In this document: piece after piece, positions 33,635-44,610 of the stretch
How positions within the stretch are numbered: the first letter of the stretch is position 1
Layout: each line of letters begins with the position of its first letter
NCBI GenBank assembly: GCA_963713605.1
Contig: CAVQMO010000003.1
Coordinates: forward strand, 61,892 to 125,891
Length of the DNA stretch: 64,000 bases
Direction: 5' to 3'
Source: an uncultured Nitrososphaerales archaeon
GTDB taxonomy: Archaea; Thermoproteota; Nitrososphaeria; Nitrososphaerales; Nitrososphaeraceae
The notes under the pieces: generated by a model
The model's database searches: none
What the model was told of the DNA's origin: nothing
What the model saw: only the letters and a program-made list of their open reading frames with translations
Program-made: the position numbers and the translations under genes

Positions 33635-35360
33635 TTATCTAACATTTAGATATGTTTGATTTTCGTATAGGCGTCTGACTTTTTGCAATGTATCGATATC
33701 TGTAACATTTTTGTCACTTCGAACATTTTTTATCCTCGGAAACCGTAATGCAAAACCACTATCATGTCTATTGCTTTTTTGAATACCATCAAATGAAATC
33801 TCTAGTATCAATTCAGGTTTTACTACTATTCCATAACCATCATCTCTTATCATGATCGTCCTTAGTTTCTTTGTAATTATGCTTATTTCTTTATCAGTCA
33901 ACCCAGAATAAGCCTTTCCAATTATTCTTAATTGATTGCTATTATTTTCATCTCGCACTGCAAACGTATAATCAGATAAGACGCCTGCTCTCTTTCCATG
34001 ACCATATTCAGCGATTACAATAACAGCGTCGATCGTATCCAATTCTTGTTTCAGTTTGATCCAGTATCGTCCTCTTTTTCCTGGATAATATTGTGACTCA
34101 GGCTCTTTCAAAACCAATCCTTCGTATCCGATATCTCTACTTTTTTCAAACATCGCAATTATTTTTTGTGCTGTATTCACAACATTTTGCTCTGCATTAA
34201 TTATTGGTTCCTTAAACGATATTCTTGATAGAATTTCTTTCCTCTGTTTAAGTGGGTTCATGATGGTTTGCTCTTCATTTATAAATGCTATATCAAATAC
34301 TGCATACATTACCGGAACGTCTGTGATGATTTGCCCTGTAACATTCTTTCTGCGAAGTCGTTTTTGAAATTCTTGGAAATGAAGAGGTTTACCATTATGA
34401 AAGGCCATAATTTCTCCGTCTAAAATAAAATCAACGTTTTCAATTGATGATAATAATTTGCTATTTATTGCGGCATCGACCAGTTCAGGGAACGCATTTG
34501 TAATATCTATCATCTTGCGCGAAAAAAGCTTAACCTGTTGTCCAGACTTGTGCATTTGCGCTCGTATCCCATCATATTTGTACTCGCAAATCAGAGGTTT
34601 TTGAAAATAGTTGATAATCTCATCTGCACTGAACATTACATCTGCTAACATATACCCTATTGGTTGAAGGGGTTTGACAACCACAGTATATAATAAACCT
34701 CGTTTTGCCAAGAGTGCTACTTGAGATATTTCGCCTGAAACAAGCATCGCTTCTCTGATTTTTCTAAGTTCTACATTAAAGGCCGATGAAACTCCTACTT
34801 CTACTAAACCCTCTGTCAGCCCGATTCTCATTTCTCCATTTATTATCTTTGTCAAGTATTTTGCTTCAAGTGGTGAACAATCCAAAAAGAGCCCTTTCAG
34901 TATTTTCTTCTTGACTTTTGACGACTCGGATCCTATGGTATCAGCTATCTTTTTAAATCGATCATATATGATGGGTAGTGTTAAAGGCTGTTGCTGAATA
35001 AGTGAAACGGTGTGCTTTTTTGATACTGCATACTCAGCTAAAGCACCCATATCTCCATACTGCAGATAGCTTCGTTGGATTTGGTCTTTATGTAGGAAAG
35101 ACATTTCAGAAAGTGTTTGCATGATTGTACCTGAATCCGACATTTATCACGAATTTTGACCCGAGTGGAAATATTCGGCTAGATAAAAATAGAACAGCTA
35201 TAGATAAGGATTCATCATCCAGGGTGGCTAGATATCTAGAGAGTAATCTTACTTTCCTATTTTTGCTTTTAATTACACGGACTTCTTCACAGAGATTCAC
35301 AAAAAAAGAAAAATCAGGAGAACTGCCGGCGAACAGTGTTGAACCGGAGTCACTATTCAT
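33635..35360 (-). CDS. lig: ATP-dependent DNA ligase (frameshift near 35130)
   Basis: Motif I EYKYDGIR, LDGEI, FDI, EGLVLK, WIKLK, LRFPRI. Confidence 0.93.
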
Positions 35361-35455
35361 TTCTGCTATATTCGACTAATAATTCAACAGATATTTATAG
35401 AAACTGATCTTACCTTGTTAGGCTGATGAGGTTATTGCCTTCCAGGAAATTTTTT

Positions 35456-35680
35456 TCACTCTACGTGTTTATCTTTGGTATCCAAAGTATTTCTTTTCAT
35501 GAAATAAGTAATTACTGACCGAGAATTTTCTTTATACTCATCTATTAATATCCTCAAAGTTGTAATCATTAACTCTTCTACTTTTGGTTCTTTCAGCGTG
35601 TTCTCTTGATAGAGTCTTGTAGCAATAGACAAAGCAATATTATATTGTGATTGAGGTAGTTCTATCTTTATGATAACCAA
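35456..35680 (-). CDS. Small hypothetical protein
   Basis: 74-aa ORF co-oriented upstream of the ligase. Confidence 0.45.
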   Translation of the reverse strand: MVIIKIELPQSQYNIALSIATRLYQENTLKEPKVEELMITTLRILIDEYKENSRSVITYFMKRNTLDTKDKHVE

Positions 35681-35744
35681 TTTGTCTGAAGTAGGTTACA
35701 ATTATACTTATAATTATGTATTCGTATATTTAACTAGTTATCGT

Positions 35745-36328
35745 AGCAACGGATAGAAAATCTTAATAATGCATTCCAGATGCTTGATAGGCTAAAAGGG
35801 AAGCTGGGAGTGCCTGATAATGTAATAGAAAGCAGCTTATATCTATAGAAAGGTACAGCAGCTAGGAATGGTTAAAGGAAGAACAATAGCTGCTACATTA
35901 GCCGCGACTGTTTATATTGCATCTAGAGAGGCTGGAGTTCCTAGAAAGTTGGCAGAGATAGCATCTCAGTAATATATAACATAAAGAATTGTCAAGGGTA
36001 TAAGACGAATAGTCTTGAACCTAGATTTGAAGGTTCCAAAGGTAGATCCGGCAAAGATTGCAAATAAAATGGAAGTAAACGAGAAAACAAAAAGTCATGC
36101 TATAAGCTATATGCACAATGTAAAAACAAGCGGAATTGCAGCAGGAAAAGATCCCATGGGACTAGCAGGAACCATTCTCTACTTATCATGATTACGGGGC
36201 GATGAGCATAGAAATCAGTTAGACGTTGCAGCAGCTTCTGGAGTAACAGAAGTAACTATAAGAAATAGATGCAAAGAACTTCACAAAGAGTCAGATGAAA
36301 GATCCCATTTAATCATAATGACTTTCTA
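35745..36328 (+). pseudogene. tfb: Transcription initiation factor IIB, cyclin-repeat remnant
   Basis: AAYIYRK...VKGRTI, AGKDPMGLAG, VAAASGVTEVTIRNRCKEL; several stops and frameshifts; no Zn ribbon. Confidence 0.85.
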
Positions 36329-37438
36329 GGCGTGCTATGTGTCCTAGCAACTGCCACTAGTTTAACTTGCTTAAACAGGCATGGTTTTATGCTATTTTCA
36401 CTAGTTGTCTTGATCTTACAGGCAGTAAAATGCCAGGCTATTTCGAGCGACAGATATGTCACTATAAATCCAAGTGCTAGGCTAACGAATCACTCAGAAT
36501 AGAATAAATATAGTCAAACTAGAGACATGAAAATGGAATTTTATAAGAATAGCCATGTTATCGTTAGGCAGCAAGATTTTGGATTCTTAGCCCTAGGATA
36601 AATGACTATGTACTTATCAAGAGCGAAACTATAGTTAGGATATTTTGAGTTATTGCAGGAACGAGTGTAACTGAATTTCTATCATACTGTTGTATCTATT
36701 CGGCACATACATAAGTATACTAGGGAGGGATCCACATTCACATTCATTAATTACTATCCTGATTTAAACGGAGCTATTGGCTTTTTCAGGTTATTTTAAT
36801 GTTTGAAAATAAAAAAGTTTATTGCTTCTCTTTTAATATCTGAGATTTACTGACTCTCTCCTTAGCCATAATTACTGCCGTTAGAACTACGTACGCTATC
36901 AGAATTTCTATTAGTAATGATCATTGGTTAATTCATCAAGTATCTTACAATATAAGTTATAAGAATATCATTGAGCTCGCAAGAATTGATTTCCAAGCCA
37001 TTTGGCAGTTAGCTGTATCTTTTATCGTCTCCTCCTGCTCGTCTCCTACTTCGACATTGATGAACGTTGAATTAGGCATGATACAAGTATCGCATTGTCC
37101 TGCCGCTCTGTCTAATTCCTTCTTATGGGCGACCTTATTAGGCGATGACAATCGTCTTCGTGAGAGGCGATGTAAAGTGGGTTGCATTCTCGACTGCCAT
37201 GATTCAGTTGCAGTCTGACTCGACCAATCAACGAAATGCCGTGCGCGTCAGTTCTAGATTGACTGCTCTTTCTAATTTAGTATCAGTCTCTTGTTGACCA
37301 TGATTAGCTCATTGGAAATGATTTACATAAACGCTCAATTTTTGTGGATGATGATTATAACACCAACAATAACAATAACAAGCTCGTCGGATTTAAATGA
37401 CCAAAGGGTAGCATTTTCCAGACATCCACATCATCTTC

Positions 37439-39925
37439 TTAATCTACCACGGGCGTAGAACAACTATAGTCAAAAGGTTTAGTTACTGAATTACAGACTT
37501 CTATAAGTAACTCCACGTATCTTCTTGTATCGTAAATTGTTACTTCTTTTTCATTTATGAGTTGAACGGGAATAGATCTTATTTTGGAATGTTTTTGATA
37601 ATAATCTGTAATTATGTATTGTAGTATCTCACCAGCTCTTAGATGTTTACCACACTCAGATCTGAGTAGATCAAGAGAATTCTTCTCTACTGTATCTCTA
37701 TTCTGATATTCATCTGCACTCATTGATATTATTTTGGTAAATATTAAATGTTGAAGTGATACTTTACCTGCTTTTAGTTGATGAATATAGCTATTGAATG
37801 CGTTGCTTATTTCTGGGATAAGAGATTTAACTCTCTTTATTGTATTTCCAGTAGCCATTACCTGTAATATATGATTCTGGCATTTTTCAAAGAAGATGGG
37901 CGTATCATGCCTTCTTGATTCTAACCCTCTTATTTTTAATGAGTCATCTTCAAATGCTCCAAAATATCGGTTTGGAACAGGTAATGCGGTATTTATTTTT
38001 GAGGGAACAAATGCTATCCATTTATAAATCCCTTCAAATGATACTTTGAATCCTGTTTGTTTTTCTATATCTTCTTTTAGCGATATACATAATTCTTTAC
38101 TATTGTTTTTGTTATTGTTCTTTTCCTTAAATTGCATCCAAACAGAATCTACTATTCCATGTAATACTCTAAATCCCTGTCTTTCAGCAGATCCTATAAC
38201 ATGAGACAATATCTGCCTATCATAAGCACAAACGGCTATATGTGCATCAATTCTTCCAAATTTCGCGTTATTAAATCCTAAATATCCAAATGATGTTACT
38301 AGAATCCATTTCAATGTAGATTGTCTGGAATTATATTTCTCCTTCAGAGTATGGTTTTGAATCGAGTCCTTCAGTTTTTTGTAGAGTAAACGCTTCTCCA
38401 GCAATATTCTTAAAGATATAGGAATGATTCCTATTCTCTTCGAACATGCGTAGTTATGATCAGCATCACGTATTGTTAAGAGGTCTGTCGTGGATCCAGC
38501 AATGCGTACATTATCATTAATATTGCGATTAAAAGAAGTCAAACGATAATCTCGATAGCAACAATCACAATTTACAGTTTCAGCAGAAATATTATACTTT
38601 CTCATAATATTTGGATATAGTGACTCAAAGTCAAATTCAGCTACTTGTTCGTGTACTCCTACTTCTGGTTCATATATTAGACCGCCTCTGTCTGCAATCA
38701 GTAATGCATTCATTGATTTGAAATGCTCTGTGATTATAGGTTTCCACGGAATCAAAACCCCTTTTCTTGTGGCATTATAAAATTGAAGACTACTAAGACA
38801 CTTTCCTATAGAAGCTCTAGCTGCTGTATGAAGGGGCATTCTACAAATCCTGGATATCTCATATAATCCACTTAATCCTCCACCAGTCTCATTTGACAAT
38901 TCAAATGAATTCGACTGATCAAAATGTATCCTTCCATATAACCTTGTGGTAGATGGCTTAAAGTAAATTCTACCATATGAAAAATATGATGTTCCTTCTT
39001 TGACAGGACGTTGCAATATTATTGAGTCTCTGCTTAGCAATAATTTTTTATTCCCATTCATTTTAGCTCTATGAATAAGATAAGGGAAAGTAAATGAATC
39101 TCCATCTTCTGTAAATATAAAGTCAGGATCTATTCGCAATATTTCAGCTTCTAATGCATTTAGTATTTGCTCTTCAGAATCGATCTCAATATTTCTATTA
39201 AGAATGTTAATGTTTTCGTTACTATCCTTGTTATATTGATTATTATTTTCGTTATTACCAATACTTATTGAAATAGATTTTATTGCATCAGAATATCGGA
39301 TATATTCACTACCACCATTACTACCATCACTACTATTATGATAACTATTACTATCCTTCTTTGTATTCACCTTTATAAGAGCAGTTCTAAATTGAGGAAC
39401 TGTATAATCTGTACTCCATATATTATCCTTGTTAACTATCTTCTTTAATGTATTGTTTTTATTATAATAGACATCACAAAGGGCAAGTGGGAATAAATTA
39501 TGCTCGTATAAATAAGCTTGTGCTGGAGATAAATCTACGTTATATAATCTATATTTTCCAAATGCTTTACCAAATCTTTCGATATGCCTCGCTAAAGTTG
39601 TCGCTTTTGTAGGACCTGATAGCTCTAGTCTTAAGACTTCTGATTTTTGACTATCAGTAATTCTCTCGTATTTATTTATAAATTTATAACAGCTAACAAG
39701 TCTCATAGTTTTGTCGTTACTGTGTATATGGCGAAGTAGAGAAGTCAAATCCGCTTTATTATCTGAAGCTACATAGATCGAATATTTCCATACTTCATCT
39801 TTTACTCTTACAATATTGTTATTACGTTTTTCTTTTATCCATATAATCATTGTATCATTCAAAGGATATAGGTCGAAGATGTTGCCTGCAGTTTTTATTG
39901 TATTAGCAATAGAAGCTGATAACAT
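37439..39925 (-). CDS. polB2: Family B DNA polymerase, PolB2-type
   Basis: DFESLYPNIM, LKWILVTSFGY, motif C altered to HGIVDS, KIRGLESRRHD; Asn-rich insertions. Confidence 0.88.
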   Translation of the reverse strand: MLSASIANTIKTAGNIFDLYPLNDTMIIWIKEKRNNNIVRVKDEVWKYSIYVASDNKADLTSLLRHIHSNDKTMRLVSCYKFINKYERITDSQKSEVLRLELSGPTKATTLARHIERFGKAFGKYRLYNVDLSPAQAYLYEHNLFPLALCDVYYNKNNTLKKIVNKDNIWSTDYTVPQFRTALIKVNTKKDSNSYHNSSDGSNGGSEYIRYSDAIKSISISIGNNENNNQYNKDSNENINILNRNIEIDSEEQILNALEAEILRIDPDFIFTEDGDSFTFPYLIHRAKMNGNKKLLLSRDSIILQRPVKEGTSYFSYGRIYFKPSTTRLYGRIHFDQSNSFELSNETGGGLSGLYEISRICRMPLHTAARASIGKCLSSLQFYNATRKGVLIPWKPIITEHFKSMNALLIADRGGLIYEPEVGVHEQVAEFDFESLYPNIMRKYNISAETVNCDCCYRDYRLTSFNRNINDNVRIAGSTTDLLTIRDADHNYACSKRIGIIPISLRILLEKRLLYKKLKDSIQNHTLKEKYNSRQSTLKWILVTSFGYLGFNNAKFGRIDAHIAVCAYDRQILSHVIGSAERQGFRVLHGIVDSVWMQFKEKNNNKNNSKELCISLKEDIEKQTGFKVSFEGIYKWIAFVPSKINTALPVPNRYFGAFEDDSLKIRGLESRRHDTPIFFEKCQNHILQVMATGNTIKRVKSLIPEISNAFNSYIHQLKAGKVSLQHLIFTKIISMSADEYQNRDTVEKNSLDLLRSECGKHLRAGEILQYIITDYYQKHSKIRSIPVQLINEKEVTIYDTRRYVELLIEVCNSVTKPFDYSCSTPVVD

Positions 39926-40565
39926 GGACTAGATCTCGTCTAATCTGTGATCAGAAATAACAGACATCTATATGTGAGTACAGTATTGTACCTAATAACT
40001 AAATATGTTGGCTAAGTATATTAGATAATTTTACTAGTGGAAATTATCCATAATGCATTATGTCTGCTAAAAATAAACCATGTATAAATTAAAATATATT
40101 CAGATTGAGAGCCAGCCGATACTCTATTTTGTCATTTTCATTTTTTATAATGGTATTCTAAAAGAATCCATGTTGCCCTACGGTACAGCCACAAAAGGAT
40201 TAGACTAGTAAAGTGGAAAACATCAAAATGGTCAACAGCTTGATGTTTCTCACACGTTGTAATACATAGTGGACATTTCCCTTATATCGTATCAATCAAT
40301 AGCTATTAAATTAGTAGAAGTGAATGAAAGCATTTGAATGTCTTACCTGTTCCTACCAATCACAATTAACTCAAAAGTATGAAATAGAGACTGATAACTT
40401 CCTAAGTTTATTGGACTATGATCGGATAGATCAAGATAGTCAATTGAAGGAGCATTTTAGGCTTAGCTCTAGATACAAGAGCTTGGCACTTCAATGAAAC
40501 TGTGCATGAAGAAGTGGCGCTTAATTCGGTGAAAAAAAAGAACTCATCGTCTAGGACTTCCTGAG

Positions 40566-41465
40566 TTGGGACAAACACCATCATCCTCATCATCCTTCTC
40601 TTCCCCATCAAGAAAAGACAGGAATAAGGTTGTTGACCTAGCACAAGGATTCGTAGGAAGCAAGATGTTTGATTGGATAATTACGGGAGTCATTATCATT
40701 CAAGCAATTGCTCTCGCCGTTGAAGCGACGCCATATAGGAATTCAGCCGGTGAATATTATCAATTACTTGAAGTAGGAACATTCAGCTTAATTCAAAGCC
40801 TTGTGATTTCAGTTTTCATTGTGGAAGCCATATTGAGGATGATCGCGCTTTATCCCAGACCACAAAATTATTTCCGAGATCCTTGGAATTGCTTTGATTT
40901 TGCTATCATTGTTTTATCCCTTACGACTGCGGGCCAGTTTTCAACAATAGCTAGGCTGGTCAGATTGCTTAGAATAACTAGATTGGTCACAAAATCTGCT
41001 GAACTACGTGCAATTGTATCTACACTTGTTCGTTCAATACCTAGTATATTTAATATTTTGATTCTTTTTTCAATACTCTTCTTCATATATGCAATAGTCG
41101 GATATCACCTTTTCAGGGACACCGATCCGCAACATTGGTCATCTTTTTTGACCGCATTTACAACATTATTTCAAATCATTACACTTGAAGGATGGGTAAA
41201 TATTATGGAACCAATAGTTACTACTTTGGGACCAATATATTGGCTCTACTTTGCAAGCTTCATCGTAATTGGAACTTTTATAATTATTAATCTGTTTATT
41301 TCAGTAATTGTGAGAAAATCTGAGGAAGCATATAAACAAGTGCAGCGAGAATCAGAGATACCTTTAACACAACATGAAATTGTACAAGAGATAAAAGAGA
41401 TCCGCAGAATCCTAGAAGAGTTGGAGAAAAGAATTGGCGACGATGATAAAAGTAAGGAAAAATAA
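40566..41465 (+). CDS. 6TM voltage-gated cation channel (BacNav/AnclNav-like)
   Basis: WNCFDF, S4 RLVRLLRITRLV, filter TLEGWVN, INLFISVIV, C-terminal coiled coil; true start uncertain. Confidence 0.9.
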   Translation: MGQTPSSSSSFSSPSRKDRNKVVDLAQGFVGSKMFDWIITGVIIIQAIALAVEATPYRNSAGEYYQLLEVGTFSLIQSLVISVFIVEAILRMIALYPRPQNYFRDPWNCFDFAIIVLSLTTAGQFSTIARLVRLLRITRLVTKSAELRAIVSTLVRSIPSIFNILILFSILFFIYAIVGYHLFRDTDPQHWSSFLTAFTTLFQIITLEGWVNIMEPIVTTLGPIYWLYFASFIVIGTFIIINLFISVIVRKSEEAYKQVQRESEIPLTQHEIVQEIKEIRRILEELEKRIGDDDKSKEK

Positions 41466-42164
41466 TGAATTAACGGACATTTAAGACCTTGTTTAGAATA
41501 TGTCATATGCGTAATTCATTGTATTTCAATCACTGAGGTGAGCTTCACACTTCATGACTTCTATATGACCGGCGTTGTTAGGTGCGCACTATATTAGAGA
41601 GGAAAGTATTCTGCTCCAATTTATAATAACCCGAACGATTTGGCGAATCTCATCTTGCGTAGATTAAAGATGGGAGGTAAGACTGAGGAGCTGACCGCCT
41701 ACCAGGGTGATTTATCTTGTTTCACAAAGCGTAGGAAAATCCTTAAGCTTTCAGGATATCGTTATCAATGAAATCGAATGTTATTAATTTCTTCGATAAA
41801 ATCAAGGTACTCCATCCATTACGGATGGGAATCCCAGTGGATGTATTATAATAATAACAGGACAGGACCAGTCAAGCCAAGGAACGTTCAAATGGTCGGA
41901 GTAGGGCGAATATAGGCTAGGCTATTTAGTCCTATCCTTCCGATACTAGTTCTTTGAAGGTATAATTTAAAGAATGTTAATGGCAGACAAAATACTTGAA
42001 GATTCAGGCCAAGATAATGACATGGGAACGCCGCAGTACGTCGTATTTATTATACCGAGAATTACTTACTCTAAAGGGGCTAAATGAGAGTAAGTAATAT
42101 ATCACATAATTAAAACTTTATCAGTAGATAAACTATGTATTAATACTAACTTATATAGAGTGAT

Positions 42165-43594
42165 GTGCACTACCATATATCTGTGTTAAGACATCCCACT
42201 GAAGCATTTGAAATTGACAGTGGACATAGTGCAATAACAAAGGGGTTAAACAATGAAATTTTAAATAGCCTAAGAAATATATCCAATGAAAATGCATCCA
42301 TTATAATAGACTATATTTCGGCCATGATTACTGAAACTAATCCAGCTGACAGTTATAGGAAAGACAATATGCGTCTGTTATATTCATTTTCCAAACACAA
42401 CAAAAATAAATCATTTAGATCTATAACACGAGATGAAGTCATTTTATTTCTAAATGCCAGACGTAAGCCTGAATCTTCGGATCCGCTACATAAATGGATT
42501 GGAACCTATAATCTATATCGCGTATGTTTGATAAGATTCTTTAGATGGTTATACTTTCCGAATAGAGAACAAAACAAAAGACCTAAGCCTAAAGTTGTGA
42601 GTAATATTCCTGCCTTAAGAAGGAAGGAAAAATCAATCTATAAGCCATCTGATTTATGGACTGAAGAAGATGATCTCCTCTTTCTCAAATATTGTCCAAG
42701 TAAAAGAGATAAATGTTTTCATGCGATGTCATGGGATACCGGTTGCAGACCACATGAGCTTCTGAAGCTTCGAATAAAAGATGTATCATTTAAAATACAT
42801 GAGAAGAAGCAATATGCAGAGGTTTTTGTAAACGGAAAGACAGGCACTAGGCATATACCCTTATCGATTCGATTCCCTATCTTAAAGATTATCTGAACAA
42901 TGAGCATCCTCAGCCTGGCAACCTTAATGCGATCCTTCTGTGCGCTGTTGGGAAGAGCATCAATAAGATATTAAGCAGTCTGAGTTTGAATGGAATATAC
43001 AAGAATTATAAAAATTATTTCTTTCCCCGATTGCTAAAAGATCCAAATGTTCCCCAAGAAGATAAAGAAAAGCTCAAAGAGCTCCTCAATAAACCGTGGA
43101 ATCCCTATATTAGAAGGCACAGTGCTCTTACCCAAAAGAGCAAAATACTCAAAGAGCATACATTGCGGCAGTTTGCAGGTTGGACTTCAAATTCTAATGT
43201 GCCACAGCGTTATATAAACTACTTTGGAAATGAAGCAAGCGAAAGCCTACTTCAAGCCTATGGAATTATTACAAAGGAGCAGAAGAATTCAGACATCCTA
43301 AAACCAAAACAATGCCCTAATTGTAATGAACCAAATAAACCAGACGCTAGATTCTGTATTAAATGCAGGATGGTTTTAACATATGATACTTACAATGAAA
43401 CTCTTCAAGAACAGGAAGAGCGAGATGATAAACTATTACTGATGGAAGAAAGATTCAATATAATGCAATCACAAGTACGAACCCTCATATCGGCTATTGG
43501 AAATTTGAAGGATCAGAATGATATAAATGTGATGGCTAAACATCTATTTCAAAGTGGAATTCTTGAACGCAGTACACCAGAACCTGTAGGCTGA
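42165..43594 (+). CDS. Tyrosine recombinase/integrase with C-terminal Zn ribbon (frameshift near 42870)
   Basis: DTGCRPHEL, GKTG, PYIRRHS, AGW, QRYINY, CPNC...CIKC. Confidence 0.9.
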
Positions 43595-43904
43595 TGCTAA
43601 TCATGCCGCTGATTCCACCTTATCCATCTATGAACATTTGGTCTGGATCTCCATCTATTTTTCGATCTTTTTGTACATGGTACATATGATGTTCCTATCA
43701 TCAAAAGTATTTACCTATCAGACGTTGATTTATTAACTCTATGTAATTGCCTAATTTTATAGGCTCACTTCCTACCTGAATGATAAGATCTCAGATTCGC
43801 AGGATTATTTTTACAGAAGTGATAGAAGTCAGGTTTCTTGCGTGATTCCACAAACTATAAATGCTACATAGATTATAACTACTAATAGGAAAAAGACTAT
43901 AACT

Positions 43905-44120
43905 ATGAGTAGGAAACAACACCGGACAACGATTGCAATTTCTCGGAAAAACCGGGATGCCTTAAGGACATATGGCAGGGCAGGAGATACTTCTAATGAT
44001 GTTCTGACAATTCTTCTTAATATGGCAAACAAAGATCGGGTAGATACAGTTATTACAAGACCATTAAGAGAAAAAAATTCAGAGGCCGAAATCGTTAAAA
44101 ACGTTGGTCGAAGTCTATGA
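43905..44120 (+). CDS. Small RHH/antitoxin-like DNA-binding protein
   Basis: TTIAISRKNRDALRTYGRAGDTSNDVLTILL. Confidence 0.65.
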   Translation: MSRKQHRTTIAISRKNRDALRTYGRAGDTSNDVLTILLNMANKDRVDTVITRPLREKNSEAEIVKNVGRSL

Positions 44121-44368
44121 AACTCCTTCAAGACAAGTATGAACATAATAATTATTCAACTATTTTGGTGTCGAGATGCCTAACTGAGAGATGTCAGGAA
44201 TGCACTGGATTATACGTACCTTCAATTGATCTAATGCATGCACAAATAATCTGCTTTTGTGCCTGCCATGAAAAAGAAGGAAGTGCTAGACAGATTGGAC
44301 AGATCAGGACTAGCCCCTCTTCTTTTGAGAATCATCCCAATGGAGATCCTTACGATGATTACCAATAA
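44117..44368 (+). CDS. Small Cys-rich (Zn-binding) protein
   Basis: CLTERCQECTG...ICFCACH; start overlaps the upstream stop. Confidence 0.6.
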   Translation: MKLLQDKYEHNNYSTILVSRCLTERCQECTGLYVPSIDLMHAQIICFCACHEKEGSARQIGQIRTSPSSFENHPNGDPYDDYQ

Positions 44369-44603
44369 TAAATGCAAACACAGTATTAAGATTTTTTGTT
44401 CAAGATGTGAATTTGGACTCTTCCAAGATATTCTAGATGCCATGGTGGATTTTCAATCAAAATACACAATTCAAGGTTCTATTTCTGAAGCCAAACAAAT
44501 TGCAAAAGATTGTGAATGGACTAATATACTGATGGAAATAGTAGAATATGGTAACGAGCACGTGTTATCATCACATAAATATCGAATCGAGATGGAGGAT
44601 TAA
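44340..44603 (+). CDS. Small hypothetical protein
   Basis: CKH...CSRC motif; operonic position. Confidence 0.5.
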   Translation: MEILTMITNNKCKHSIKIFCSRCEFGLFQDILDAMVDFQSKYTIQGSISEAKQIAKDCEWTNILMEIVEYGNEHVLSSHKYRIEMED

Positions 44604-44610
44604 AAATGGA

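Noticed and set aside
36957-37187. 76-aa ORF downstream of polB2
   Set aside because: No recognisable motif or start signals; cannot be supported as a gene.
41500-42160. att site or tRNA upstream of the element-2 integrase
   Set aside because: No tRNA structure and no convincing direct repeat with the 50.0-50.4 kb region found by eye.
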